Origin: Nitrosopumilus sp.
Lineage (GTDB): Archaea; Thermoproteota; Nitrososphaeria; Nitrososphaerales; Nitrosopumilaceae
Length of the DNA stretch: 64,000 bases
Assembly: GCA_965207075.1 (NCBI GenBank)
Contig: CBDBLO010000002.1
Location: forward strand, 1,568,001 to 1,632,000
Direction: 5' to 3'
Every line of letters begins with the position of its first letter. Position 1 is the stretch's first letter. Positions 9,168-18,437 of this stretch are shown piece after piece. The translations under genes were made by a program, and so were the position numbers. The notes below the pieces were generated by a model. That model did no database searches. It worked only from the letters and a program-made list of their open reading frames with translations, and was not told where the DNA came from.

Positions 9168-10445
9168 TCACGGCGACAGCCTGTCCGGATCCCGGGGGTA
9201 CAGCACGACCTCGCGGACGTTGTCCACGCCGGTCATCACCGCCATGAGCCTGTCAAGCCCCATGCCCCAGCCGGAGTGCGGGGGCATCCCCCATCCAAAC
9301 GACTCCAGGTGATCCTCAAACTGCGCGGGATCCAGCCCCTGCTCTGCAAGCCTGGACCTCAGCGTCTCCGGGTCGTGCAGCCTGGTGCCGCCGGAGGACA
9401 GCTCGAGGTACCCGTACTGCAGGTCAAACGAGCGCGACAGTTCCGGGTGCCCGTCCTTCTCCCTTATGTAGAACGGCTTTAGCTTTATCGGCCAGTCGGT
9501 CAGAAAGAAAAAGCCCGGATGGTTGCGCCCTATCAGCCGCAGGTGCGAGTCGAGCAGGTCGTCGCCGAACTCCACCTCTTGGCCGCACTCCCGCAGCTCT
9601 CCGACGCACTGCTCGTAGGTCACCCTCTCAAACGGCGCCTCCGGAGTGGGCACGACGCAGTCTATCACGTCCTGCTCCTCGACGCAGTCCGACGCCACCT
9701 GCCTGCACGCCGACGCGACAAGCCTCTCAAGCACCCCCATCACGTCGTCATAGTCCATAAAGGCCGCCTCTATGTCCACGCTGGTGAACTCGGTCAGGTG
9801 TCGGCCCGTGTGCGAGTTCTCGGCCCTGTAAAAGTTAGATATCTCAAAGACCCTCTGCAGTCCTATGGTCATCTGCTCCTTGTAGAGCTGCGGGCTCTGC
9901 GCAAGGTACGCCGTCTTTCCAAAGTATTCCAGCGAGAAGAGGTTGGCCCCGCCCTCGCTCGCGCTCCCGATTATCTTGGGGGTCGTAATCTCGATGAACC
10001 TTTCTGACGTCAGCGCGCCGCGGAGCGCCTGCAGCGCGTGGTGCCTCATCTTGAATATGGACGCGGTACGCTGGTTCCTCATGTCCAGCGCCCGGTGGTT
10101 GAGCCGGGTGTCAATGTTGCTCTCAAGGCGCCCGAGTGGGTCGACTGGCAGCGGGTGGGACGCCCTGGCAAGCACCACGATCTCGTCGGCCAGAACCTCA
10201 AAGGAATGGTCCCTGGCCCTGGTCTCCTGTATGGTACCGGACACCGATATGACGCTCTGGCGGCTAAGCTCCGGCACGTTTTCGTCCTTTATCACTATCT
10301 GCGCGAGGCCGGTCACGTCGCGGAGCGTGGCAAAGGAGAGCTTTGCCATCCTCCGGTAGTCCTCAATCCAGCCAGATATCGTGACGGTCCGGCCCATCAT
10401 GTCCTCGCCGAGGTCCGCAATGTCATGCGTCCGCACAAACGTCAC
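9168..10445 (-). CDS. aspS: Aspartate-tRNA ligase (archaeal type, probably non-discriminating)
   Basis: OB fold, YLAQSPQLYK, YRAENS..RHLTEF, GMPPHSGWGMGLDR, YPRD. GTG start at 10445. Confidence 0.95.
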   Translation of the reverse strand: MTFVRTHDIADLGEDMMGRTVTISGWIEDYRRMAKLSFATLRDVTGLAQIVIKDENVPELSRQSVISVSGTIQETRARDHSFEVLADEIVVLARASHPLPVDPLGRLESNIDTRLNHRALDMRNQRTASIFKMRHHALQALRGALTSERFIEITTPKIIGSASEGGANLFSLEYFGKTAYLAQSPQLYKEQMTIGLQRVFEISNFYRAENSHTGRHLTEFTSVDIEAAFMDYDDVMGVLERLVASACRQVASDCVEEQDVIDCVVPTPEAPFERVTYEQCVGELRECGQEVEFGDDLLDSHLRLIGRNHPGFFFLTDWPIKLKPFYIREKDGHPELSRSFDLQYGYLELSSGGTRLHDPETLRSRLAEQGLDPAQFEDHLESFGWGMPPHSGWGMGLDRLMAVMTGVDNVREVVLYPRDPDRLSP

Positions 10446-10550
10446 CGCACCGTCACCCCGTGTTCCCCCGCAGGTCGGCGCGGCAGTGGCGCTGCATGCT
10501 GTGGGGCTGCCTACGTGCTGTTTATATCCATTGGTCGTGCCCACCGCATA

Positions 10551-11600
10551 ATGGGCGGCTCGGATCGCGGTGCGGGGGACGGGGGCAGCCTCATACGCGT
10601 GGACGGGCTTTCGGCGGCATACCGCACGCACGGCAGGGGGGGTGGTGCCAAGGGCGGCAGAAACATGGTGCATGCCGTGTATGACGTGGACTTTGAGCTG
10701 AAAAAAGGGCAGACCCTCGGTATTGCAGGGGAGAGCGCCTGCGGCAAGAGCACCCTGGGGCTTGCAGTCATGAGGATGCTCGATCCCGACGCGGTGGAGA
10801 CGTCAGGCAGGATAATGTGCGGCGGCGAGTCCATACTCGAGATGCCAGAGTCCGGGTTTGACGCGGATTTTCGGTGGAAGCGCATCGCGATGATATTCCA
10901 GGGGGCCATGAACTCCCTTGACCCGGTCTTTACTATACGCGAGCAGTTCTCAGAGGTGCTCTCAAGGCACGGGTACGACGGTGACGCGGACGAGGCCATA
11001 TCGCGCGCAGTCAGGGAGGTCAACCTTTCGGAGTCCGTACTGTCCAGGTACCCGCACGAGCTGAGCGGGGGCATGAAGCAGCGCGTGGTCATTGCGATGG
11101 CGCTCTTGCTAAAGCCCGAGCTGGTAATCGCCGACGAGCCGACCACCGCCCTCGACGTGCTGGTGCAGGCCCAGGTAATATCGCTGCTAAAGTCGCTCAA
11201 GTCAGACGAGGGCATGTCGTTTATACTGATAACCCACGACCTGGCAGTCCTCTCAGAGATTGCAGACGTGGTGGGCATAATGTACGGCGGCCAGATAGTA
11301 GAGTTTGGCAGCCTGCAGGAAGTGTACGAGAACCCGAGGCACCCGTACACGCAGGGGCTTCTAAAGTCGATACCCACGATGCGGGGCGGGCCGCCAAGCT
11401 ACATAGCCGGAGTGCCGCCCGCGCTCTTCGAGGAGCCAAGGCAGTGCAGGTTCATCGACAGGTGCCCGCACGCCATGGAAAAGTGCACCACGCCACCGCC
11501 AAAGTTCGAGACCAATACCGGGTACGCCATGTGCTGGCTGGAGGAGGAGTCGGCTTCCCAACCCGACGCGGCTGCGCCGCCGCCCAGAGAAGGCATCTGA
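10551..11600 (+). CDS. Oligo/dipeptide ABC transporter ATP-binding subunit (OppD/DppD)
   Basis: GESACGKS, YPHELSGGMKQR, DEPTTALD, HPYTQGL and a C-terminal Cys cluster. Confidence 0.92.
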   Translation: MGGSDRGAGDGGSLIRVDGLSAAYRTHGRGGGAKGGRNMVHAVYDVDFELKKGQTLGIAGESACGKSTLGLAVMRMLDPDAVETSGRIMCGGESILEMPESGFDADFRWKRIAMIFQGAMNSLDPVFTIREQFSEVLSRHGYDGDADEAISRAVREVNLSESVLSRYPHELSGGMKQRVVIAMALLLKPELVIADEPTTALDVLVQAQVISLLKSLKSDEGMSFILITHDLAVLSEIADVVGIMYGGQIVEFGSLQEVYENPRHPYTQGLLKSIPTMRGGPPSYIAGVPPALFEEPRQCRFIDRCPHAMEKCTTPPPKFETNTGYAMCWLEEESASQPDAAAPPPREGI

Positions 11601-11601
11601 C

Positions 11602-11654
11602 GGCGCGGCGGACAAAGGCGCGGCGGACAAAGGCGCGGCGGACAAAGGCGCGGC
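11602..11654. repeat. 15-bp tandem repeat GGCGCGGCGGACAAA x3.5, intergenic
   Basis: Directly visible. Confidence 0.9.
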
Positions 11655-11697
11655 CGCCATGCCAACGTTTATTCGAACATTGCGCAGATAGCGCCTC

Positions 11698-11937
11698 ATG
11701 ATAGATCCAAAGGATGCAAAGGATGTGGCAGAGACCCTGGGCAACAACCTGATCGGAGTCGCGCATGATTCCAAGAACTTTGAGAAGCTGCCGGACAGCT
11801 ACTGGGGATACTTTGCAAGGGGGCACGACTCGAACGGCGCGTTCGGCGTGATCATAACATATTCAGAGGACAAGGAGGACGTAGACGCCCTGATCTCCAT
11901 GTACGAAGAGTGGGCCGAGAGGAACAAGCGCGGATAG
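11698..11937 (+). CDS. Small conserved hypothetical protein
   Basis: Protein-like composition, TTTATT box upstream. Confidence 0.7.
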   Translation: MIDPKDAKDVAETLGNNLIGVAHDSKNFEKLPDSYWGYFARGHDSNGAFGVIITYSEDKEDVDALISMYEEWAERNKRG

Positions 11938-11965
11938 TCCGGTCCGGAACCGAAGGTCAGGATTG

Positions 11966-12097
11966 CTAGCGCGTCTCCTGCAGCAGTCTTCTGTACCCCT
12001 GACACTCCTTGCATACGGGCTTGCCCTTGTATGCGGGATTGCCGTCCTTTATCTTTAGGGTTCCAGCTGCGTTCTTGCAGATACAGCAGGTGACCAT
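11966..12097 (-). CDS. Small zinc-finger protein (43 aa)
   Basis: MVTCCICK...VCKEC, two CxxC motifs. Confidence 0.65.
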   Translation of the reverse strand: MVTCCICKNAAGTLKIKDGNPAYKGKPVCKECQGYRRLLQETR

Positions 12098-12201
12098 CAC
12101 GCGGGCAGCAGGTACGCCGCAATATGTGTGCACCGCAGACGGGGGACAGGAGGCGCGCCGGGGAGCCGCACGCATAAAAGCGGCGCCGTCATACAGGTGA
12201 C

Positions 12202-12567
12202 ATGGCCGAGTGCGAATTCTGCGGGTCCATGTTCGGTGACAGGACCTGCTACTTTTGCGACAGGCGCTGCTGCACGTCGTGCATGACAGACGACAGGTCG
12301 AGGTGCAAGAGGTGCTATATCGACAAGAGGAGACTGGGGTGGGTCCGGCTCGTGAAGAGAAACAAGCTTGTCGTCATATTTGCAGGGCTGCTGTGGCTGT
12401 ACGCGGTCTTTCCAGGGCCTTTCCTGCCGGGACTCGACCCTACGTTCTACACCATATCGCTGGTCGCCGCGGCACTCATAATGATCCCCATCTGCCTGGC
12501 CCTGTTCTTCTGGTCGCTGAACCCCCCCAACTCGGATATAGGGCGGCGCGGCAAAAACAGGGACTGA
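12202..12567 (+). CDS. Zn-finger plus two-TM membrane protein
   Basis: Four CxxC motifs followed by two hydrophobic helices. Confidence 0.75.
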   Translation: MAECEFCGSMFGDRTCYFCDRRCCTSCMTDDRSRCKRCYIDKRRLGWVRLVKRNKLVVIFAGLLWLYAVFPGPFLPGLDPTFYTISLVAAALIMIPICLALFFWSLNPPNSDIGRRGKNRD

Positions 12568-12645
12568 CCTAAGGCGGCAGAAGCGAAGGCGGACAGTTGC
12601 AGATGAGACATAACAGGCGCCAAAAGCCGCGGAGAAAAGAGACGG

Positions 12646-13695
12646 TCAGATGTTGTCCTCTTTTATCCTGCGCACCACGTGCTTTGTGAACTCCGACGTG
12701 GTGCACGAGCCGCCCACGTCGGTCGTGGCAATTCCTGACCGCGCAAGCCCCAGCACGGCGGACTCTATCAGGGCCGAGCCGCGCATGCACGACTCGTCGT
12801 CGTTGCGGCCGCCAAGCCAGTCGAGCATCATCGACACGGACAGTAGAAACGACGACGGGTTGGCCACGTTCTGGCCGGCAATGTCAAACCCGGCCCCGTG
12901 CACGGGTTCGAACAGCGCGAACCTGTCCCCTATGTTTGCGGCGGGCGCCATCCCGAGCCCCCCCACAACCTGCGACGACTCGTCAGACAGGATGTCGCCA
13001 AACAGGTTCGTAGTCACGATGACGTCAAACTCCTGCGGCTGCCGTATGAGGTTCATGGCGCACGCGTCCACGTACATCTGATCAAAGGAGACGTCCGGAT
13101 AGTGGTCTGCGACAGACGCGCACGCGCCTGCGAACAGCCCGTCTGTCACGCGCATGACGTTTGACTTGTGCACGCACGTGACGCGCATCTTGGAGCCGCG
13201 GCGCCTGGCAGTCTCAAACGCGTGCCGCGCGATCCGGGTCGACGCCTCGCGCGATATGACGCGCAGGGCCACTGCCGCCTGGCCCCGGTCGACCTCAAAC
13301 TCCTTTCCCGTGTAAAGATCCTCGGTATTCTCCCGGACTATAACCATGTCAATGTCGTCCCTGAGCGCGGGGGTGCCCGGGTACGAGCGGGCGGGCCTTA
13401 CGTTGGCATACAGGTCAAGCGTCCTCCGCAGCACCACGATGACATCGGCCGCGGACTCCCCCACGGGCGCCTTCAGGCACGCGTCAGACTCGCGTATGGC
13501 AGAGAGCGTCTCTGCAGGAAGGGCAGAACCCGTCCTGGCAAGCGCGCCGTCGCCCGCCTCTAGGCGCACGACGTCAAGGTCGGGGCCGCCCCCGTCAGAG
13601 ACGGCCTCGATGACGGACAGCGCGGACTCGGAGAGCTCGGGGCCTATCCCGTCGCCGGCGATCATCGATATGGAATACACAGAATTCACGAACAC
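12646..13695 (-). CDS. leuB: 3-isopropylmalate dehydrogenase (isocitrate/isopropylmalate DH family)
   Basis: GDGIGPE, VRENTEDLY, HKSNV, NLFGDILSD, EPVHG. Next to leuA. Exact start uncertain. Confidence 0.85.
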   Translation of the reverse strand: MFVNSVYSISMIAGDGIGPELSESALSVIEAVSDGGGPDLDVVRLEAGDGALARTGSALPAETLSAIRESDACLKAPVGESAADVIVVLRRTLDLYANVRPARSYPGTPALRDDIDMVIVRENTEDLYTGKEFEVDRGQAAVALRVISREASTRIARHAFETARRRGSKMRVTCVHKSNVMRVTDGLFAGACASVADHYPDVSFDQMYVDACAMNLIRQPQEFDVIVTTNLFGDILSDESSQVVGGLGMAPAANIGDRFALFEPVHGAGFDIAGQNVANPSSFLLSVSMMLDWLGGRNDDESCMRGSALIESAVLGLARSGIATTDVGGSCTTSEFTKHVVRRIKEDNI

Positions 13696-13849
13696 TGCAT
13701 GAAATTTAGGATTTGTGGCGGCCGGTACGGCTGCCGCGAATCAGAAGGGTGGCGCCCGGCATGCCGGACATCAGCAATGCGCCAGCTTACCGCGCGGCGT
13801 GTGAATAAAGAGGCGATGCAGTGGCGTCAACGGCAGGCAGGCAGTGGTG

Positions 13850-14026
13850 CTATTGGTCGCCGCCTGCAGCAAAGGTGACCTTTTTGCCCTTTACGGTAAA
13901 CCTGACCTTCTCCGGATACCCCAGCATCTCCATGATCGGCTTTGGGATCCTACACAGGTGACTTCCAAGTCCGTTGTGGTTTACATTCATCTCAAATTCA
14001 CGTGCTCCCTTCTTCCAGCGAGACAT
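13850..14026 (-). CDS. 58-aa AbrB/SpoVT-like small protein (not in ORF track)
   Basis: Translated by hand as MSRWKKGAREFEMNVNHNGLGSHLCRIPKPIMEMLGYPEKVRFTVKGKKVTFAAGGDQ. TTAAAA box about 25 nt upstream. Confidence 0.7.
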   Translation of the reverse strand: MSRWKKGAREFEMNVNHNGLGSHLCRIPKPIMEMLGYPEKVRFTVKGKKVTFAAGGDQ

Positions 14027-14286
14027 GTGATTGCATATGTAGAGTTACTTTTAATGCTTTTGATCAGATCCCGCAGGGATTCCAGCTCCTCGGAAATTCA
14101 CGCCTGCCGGGCTGTGTTTTCAGACCTTGTGGCAGGGGATCTGAATACATAGATCCCACGCCTCATCGCGCGCGGGCTAGGCACGGCGGGCCGGCCCGCA
14201 TGGGTTTCCGCAGGCCGGGGCCGAAGGGGATCACCGGCGGGCCGGCAGTCGGCGCATGTCGCGAGCCTGCGACGGCGCGGCAGGCG

Positions 14287-15921
14287 TCAGTCCTGCTTGG
14301 TTTTTTCCTGCATCATACTCTTTAGCATAATGCGGTTGATGCCCTCGATTACGGCCTTTACGCTCGTAGTGACTATATCCTCCCCCACCGACTTTGCAGA
14401 GACGGAGTTGCCGTCGGCGTCCTCCACGGATATGGTAACCTCGCAGAGCGCAGAAGAGCCGCCAGATATTGACGCGAGCCCGTAATCCTTGATGCGCAGC
14501 TCCGACGTCCTGTCTGTTATGCGCTCAATTGCGTTGAGCGCGGCGTCGACGGGGCCCACCCCGTAGTCGGTTCCGTAGAACTCCTCGCCGTCGATGTCAA
14601 GCTTTACAAACGCATAGGGCATGGTGCCGATTCCAGTGGACACCGAAAAGCCGGTCAGGTGCACGAGCTGCTTTATGCCTCGATCGCCAAGCACCTCGCT
14701 TGCAAAAGACAGTAGCTCGACGTCGGTCACGTACTCGCCCCGGTCGCCGAGCGCCTTTACCCTCTCTAGTATCTGCTTTGACTGCTCCTCGTCCGGCTCT
14801 ATCCCGTATTCTTGCAGCATGGCGTTCATCCCGTGTATGCCGGCGTGCTTGCCCACGTGGAGCCAGCGGCGGCGCCCCACAAGCTCCGGGCTTATCGGCT
14901 CGTACGTAAGCGGGTTGTTGAGTATGCCGTGCGTGTGTATCCCGGACTCGTGGCCGAATGCGTTCTCCCCCACGATCGCCTTGTTTGGCTGCACCTGTAT
15001 CCCCACCACGCTTGAGATGTACCTGGACACGTCGTAGAGCTGCTCGGATACGATTCCAGTCTCGTATGTGGCCCCGCCAGGCACGCCATTGCCGCGGCCA
15101 TCGCCGGTCCCGTGCGAGAGGCACTTGAGGGCCATTGCCAGCTCCTCAAGCGAGGCGTTGCCGGCCCTCTCGCCGATGCCGTTTATCGTAACATGCGCGC
15201 ACGAGGCCCCCGCGCCGATGCCGGCAAGCGCGTTTGCAACCGCAAGCCCAAAGTCATTGTGGCAGTGCACGCTGATGGGAAGCCCCCCCGAGGCCGATAT
15301 CGCGTCGGCCGTTATTGCCGCCACATACTCGGGCGTCGCATAACCGACCGTATCGGGGATGTCAATCCGGTCGGCCCCTGCAGACGCTACCGCCGAGAAC
15401 ACCTCGCCGAGAAACTTGCGGTCTGTGCGCGTGGCGTCCTCGGCCGAGAACTCCACCTGCATGCCCCGGGACTTTGCATACTCTACTGCGTCGACTGCCC
15501 TCCGCAGCGCATCCTGCCGGGACATCTTCAGCTTGTACTGCAGGTGCAGGTCGGACGTCGCGATAAACGTGTGGACGTACCGGAGGCCGGCGTCCGCGGC
15601 AGAATCAATGTCCCTGCGGTTTGCGCGCGCAAGGCCCGCGACTTCGCAGGAGAGCCCGTCAGATGCAATCATGCTTACTGCCTTGTGCTCCCCCTTTGAT
15701 ATGACCGGGAAGCCGGCCTCGATTGCGTCCACACCGAGCCGGTCAAGCCTGCGCGCGATCTCCAGCTTTTGCTCCGGCGACATCGATATGCCCGGCGTCT
15801 GCTCCCCGTCACGCAGGGTGGTATCAAAGATGCGGATTCTTCTCGGGTTCGCGCCGCTGCCGCTGTTGTCGTTGTTGCCGCGTTCGCCGCCGTCCGCGGC
15901 GGTTCGGTTCTCGTGTTCCAT
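14287..15921 (-). CDS. leuA: 2-isopropylmalate synthase
   Basis: DTTLRDGEQ, HCHNDFGLA, GIGERAGN and the C-terminal regulatory domain (GVGPVDA). Confidence 0.92.
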   Translation of the reverse strand: MEHENRTAADGGERGNNDNSGSGANPRRIRIFDTTLRDGEQTPGISMSPEQKLEIARRLDRLGVDAIEAGFPVISKGEHKAVSMIASDGLSCEVAGLARANRRDIDSAADAGLRYVHTFIATSDLHLQYKLKMSRQDALRRAVDAVEYAKSRGMQVEFSAEDATRTDRKFLGEVFSAVASAGADRIDIPDTVGYATPEYVAAITADAISASGGLPISVHCHNDFGLAVANALAGIGAGASCAHVTINGIGERAGNASLEELAMALKCLSHGTGDGRGNGVPGGATYETGIVSEQLYDVSRYISSVVGIQVQPNKAIVGENAFGHESGIHTHGILNNPLTYEPISPELVGRRRWLHVGKHAGIHGMNAMLQEYGIEPDEEQSKQILERVKALGDRGEYVTDVELLSFASEVLGDRGIKQLVHLTGFSVSTGIGTMPYAFVKLDIDGEEFYGTDYGVGPVDAALNAIERITDRTSELRIKDYGLASISGGSSALCEVTISVEDADGNSVSAKSVGEDIVTTSVKAVIEGINRIMLKSMMQEKTKQD

Positions 15922-15922
15922 G

Positions 15923-16405
15923 TCACACCCCGCTCCTCTGCAGCGCCGCCACCCCGGTCCTGGCCACGTCCACGATTCCAAACGGCGCGGCCAGCTCCTC
16001 AAAGGCCTTTATCTGGTCAGGAGTGGCCGTCAGCTCCACCATTATCGAGTCGCGCTTTACGTCGTGTATCTTTCCCCCGTACGCGCCGGCCATCTTGTTT
16101 ATCTCCATGCTGTCGCTTGCATTGCCCACCTTTATGCGGAATATGCACAGCTCCCTGAACACGGTCATGTTCTCATCAAGCCGGTCCACGCGTATGACGT
16201 CTATCATCTTGTCGAGCTGTTTTACTATCTGATCTATCTGCTTGTCATCCCCGTACGTGGTGATGGTCATTTTCGAGTAGTCGGGATTGGCCATCACGCC
16301 GACAGAGATGCTGTCTATGTTAAAGTTGCGCGCGCGGAACATGTGGGTCACCTTGAACAGGATGCCCGGCTTGTTCTCCACCACCAGGGACAGGATTGCC
16401 CACAT
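15923..16405 (-). CDS. ilvN: Acetolactate synthase small subunit
   Basis: ACT domain ENKPGIL...RNFNIDS, C-terminal VARTG. Confidence 0.93.
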   Translation of the reverse strand: MWAILSLVVENKPGILFKVTHMFRARNFNIDSISVGVMANPDYSKMTITTYGDDKQIDQIVKQLDKMIDVIRVDRLDENMTVFRELCIFRIKVGNASDSMEINKMAGAYGGKIHDVKRDSIMVELTATPDQIKAFEELAAPFGIVDVARTGVAALQRSGV

Positions 16406-16541
16406 TATGGCGCCACCGTTATCCCTGTATCAAGCAATCCTACGGACGCCGTTGTCGTTGTCGTTGCGGTAGTAACCGCAGCCTTACCCGCTGCCATGTT
16501 AATCGTTATCATCATCATCACCACCATCATCACCATGCAAA

Positions 16542-18251
16542 TCACGAGGGGAGTATCATGTCCTTGAGCGGCGTGCCCGGAGCCACAAAGGGGAGCACGT
16601 CCTCCTCGGGGTCAATAGGTATGTCGATCACAGTCGCAACGTCGCTTGCAAGGGCGGCCTTGAGGGCAGAGCCCAGCTCGTCCAGGGACTGGGCCCTGAT
16701 GCCCTGGGCCCCGTACGATTCGGCAAGCTTGACATAGTCCGGGCACCGGCCCTGATCCACGCCAATCATGCGGCGCTCATAGAACGTGCGCTGCCACTGG
16801 GCCACCATCCCAAGCGAGTAGTTGTTTATCAGGAATACGATAACCGGAATGTCCTCAAGTACGGCGGTGGCAAGCGAGTTCTCAGTCATGTTAAAGCTGC
16901 CATCCCCCGCAATGTCCACGACATGTACGTCGGGCCTGGCGACCTTTGCCCCGATCGCGGCGGGGAACCCCCACCCCATGGTGCCGAGCCCGGTCGAGCT
17001 GAAAAAGGTGCCCGGGTGTATCACGTCAAAGAACAGGGAGGCCCACATCTGGTGCTGCCCGACCTCCGTGGTCACTATGGAGTCGGCCGGAAGCAGTTCG
17101 CGGAGCTTTCGGAGTATCTTGGCCGCCCCCATCTCGCCGGGGTGTATCTTGAGGTTTTCCTTCCAGTACGACTTGGTCTCCTTGGCATTCTTGAGCCACG
17201 CGGTCTCCTCTACGAGGCGCGGCTTGTTCTCCAAAAGCTTCAGCATGATGCGCAGGGAGGCCCTGACGTCGCCCACCACGGCCACGCTCGTAGTCTGGTT
17301 CTTTCCAATCTCCGCGGGATCCACGTCCATGTGGATTATCTTGCGCCGGCGCTCAAAGTCCTCAAACGTCCCGACCGACCTGTCAGAGAACCTTGTGCCG
17401 ATCGCAAGCACGCAGTCGGCCTGGTCTATGATGCGGTTTGCCTCCGCGTGCCCGTGCATCCCTATGGGGCCCAGCGACAGCGGGTGGTTCTCTGGAAACG
17501 CCCCCTTTCCCTTGAACGTGGTGACGACTGGAATCATCAAGAGCTCGGCCAGCGCCTGAAGCTCTGCAAAAGCCGACGAGATTATGGTGCCGCCGCCGGC
17601 AAGTATCACGGGCCTCTCCGTGTTGAGCAGGATGGCAATGGCGCGCTCCACGTTTGTAACGTCCGGGTCGGTCCACGGGTGGTATCCCTTTATCTGGAAC
17701 TCGTTTGGAAACACCATGTCAGCCTCGTTCTGCTGCACGTCCTTTGGGATGTCAATCAGCACGGGGCCAGGCCTGCCGGTCTCGGCTATGAAAAAGCCCT
17801 TCCTGACCGACTCGGGGATCTCCGATGCCGCACGGGGCTGAAACGCGTACTTTACGACCGGGTTTGCCATGCCGATTATGTCACTCTCCTGGAACGCGTC
17901 GCGCCCTATCATGGACACGGGCACCTGTCCCGTCACCGCCACCATAGGCGCAGAGTCGGCCTGCGCGGTCGCAATGCCAGTCAGTATGTTCGTGGCGCCA
18001 GGGCCCGACGTCGCAAAGCACACGCCCGGCTTTCGGCTGACTCGCCCAAAGCCGTCTGCCATGTGGGCCGCGGACTGCTCGTGCCTCACCAGTATGTGCC
18101 GTATGTCGCACCTTGCAAACTCGTCGTACATTGGCAGGTTGGCGCCGCCTGGCAGTCCAAAGACCTGTCGGACGCCCTCCTTCTCCATTGCCACCATCAG
18201 CGCCTTTGCGCCCGACATGTGTTGCGCTTCGCTTACGAGATCGCTTGCCAT
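16542..18251 (-). CDS. ilvB: Acetolactate synthase large subunit
   Basis: RHEQ, TSGPGATN, GQHQMW and GDGSFNM TPP motif. Confidence 0.95.
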   Translation of the reverse strand: MASDLVSEAQHMSGAKALMVAMEKEGVRQVFGLPGGANLPMYDEFARCDIRHILVRHEQSAAHMADGFGRVSRKPGVCFATSGPGATNILTGIATAQADSAPMVAVTGQVPVSMIGRDAFQESDIIGMANPVVKYAFQPRAASEIPESVRKGFFIAETGRPGPVLIDIPKDVQQNEADMVFPNEFQIKGYHPWTDPDVTNVERAIAILLNTERPVILAGGGTIISSAFAELQALAELLMIPVVTTFKGKGAFPENHPLSLGPIGMHGHAEANRIIDQADCVLAIGTRFSDRSVGTFEDFERRRKIIHMDVDPAEIGKNQTTSVAVVGDVRASLRIMLKLLENKPRLVEETAWLKNAKETKSYWKENLKIHPGEMGAAKILRKLRELLPADSIVTTEVGQHQMWASLFFDVIHPGTFFSSTGLGTMGWGFPAAIGAKVARPDVHVVDIAGDGSFNMTENSLATAVLEDIPVIVFLINNYSLGMVAQWQRTFYERRMIGVDQGRCPDYVKLAESYGAQGIRAQSLDELGSALKAALASDVATVIDIPIDPEEDVLPFVAPGTPLKDMILPS

Positions 18252-18437
18252 CGTGCTGCAATCACATCCAGAGCCGGGATCCGGCGGCGTGCGATGCCGC
18301 GCCCGGAGCCGGCTCTGCCATGGCGTCCGCGGCGTGCGCCCTAGGCGCCTTGGCACGCGCGCACATCGTCACTAGTATCATCATATTCAAACCACATAAA
18401 TAACCTGCGTCACATCTAATAAAGTTTCCCAATCATT

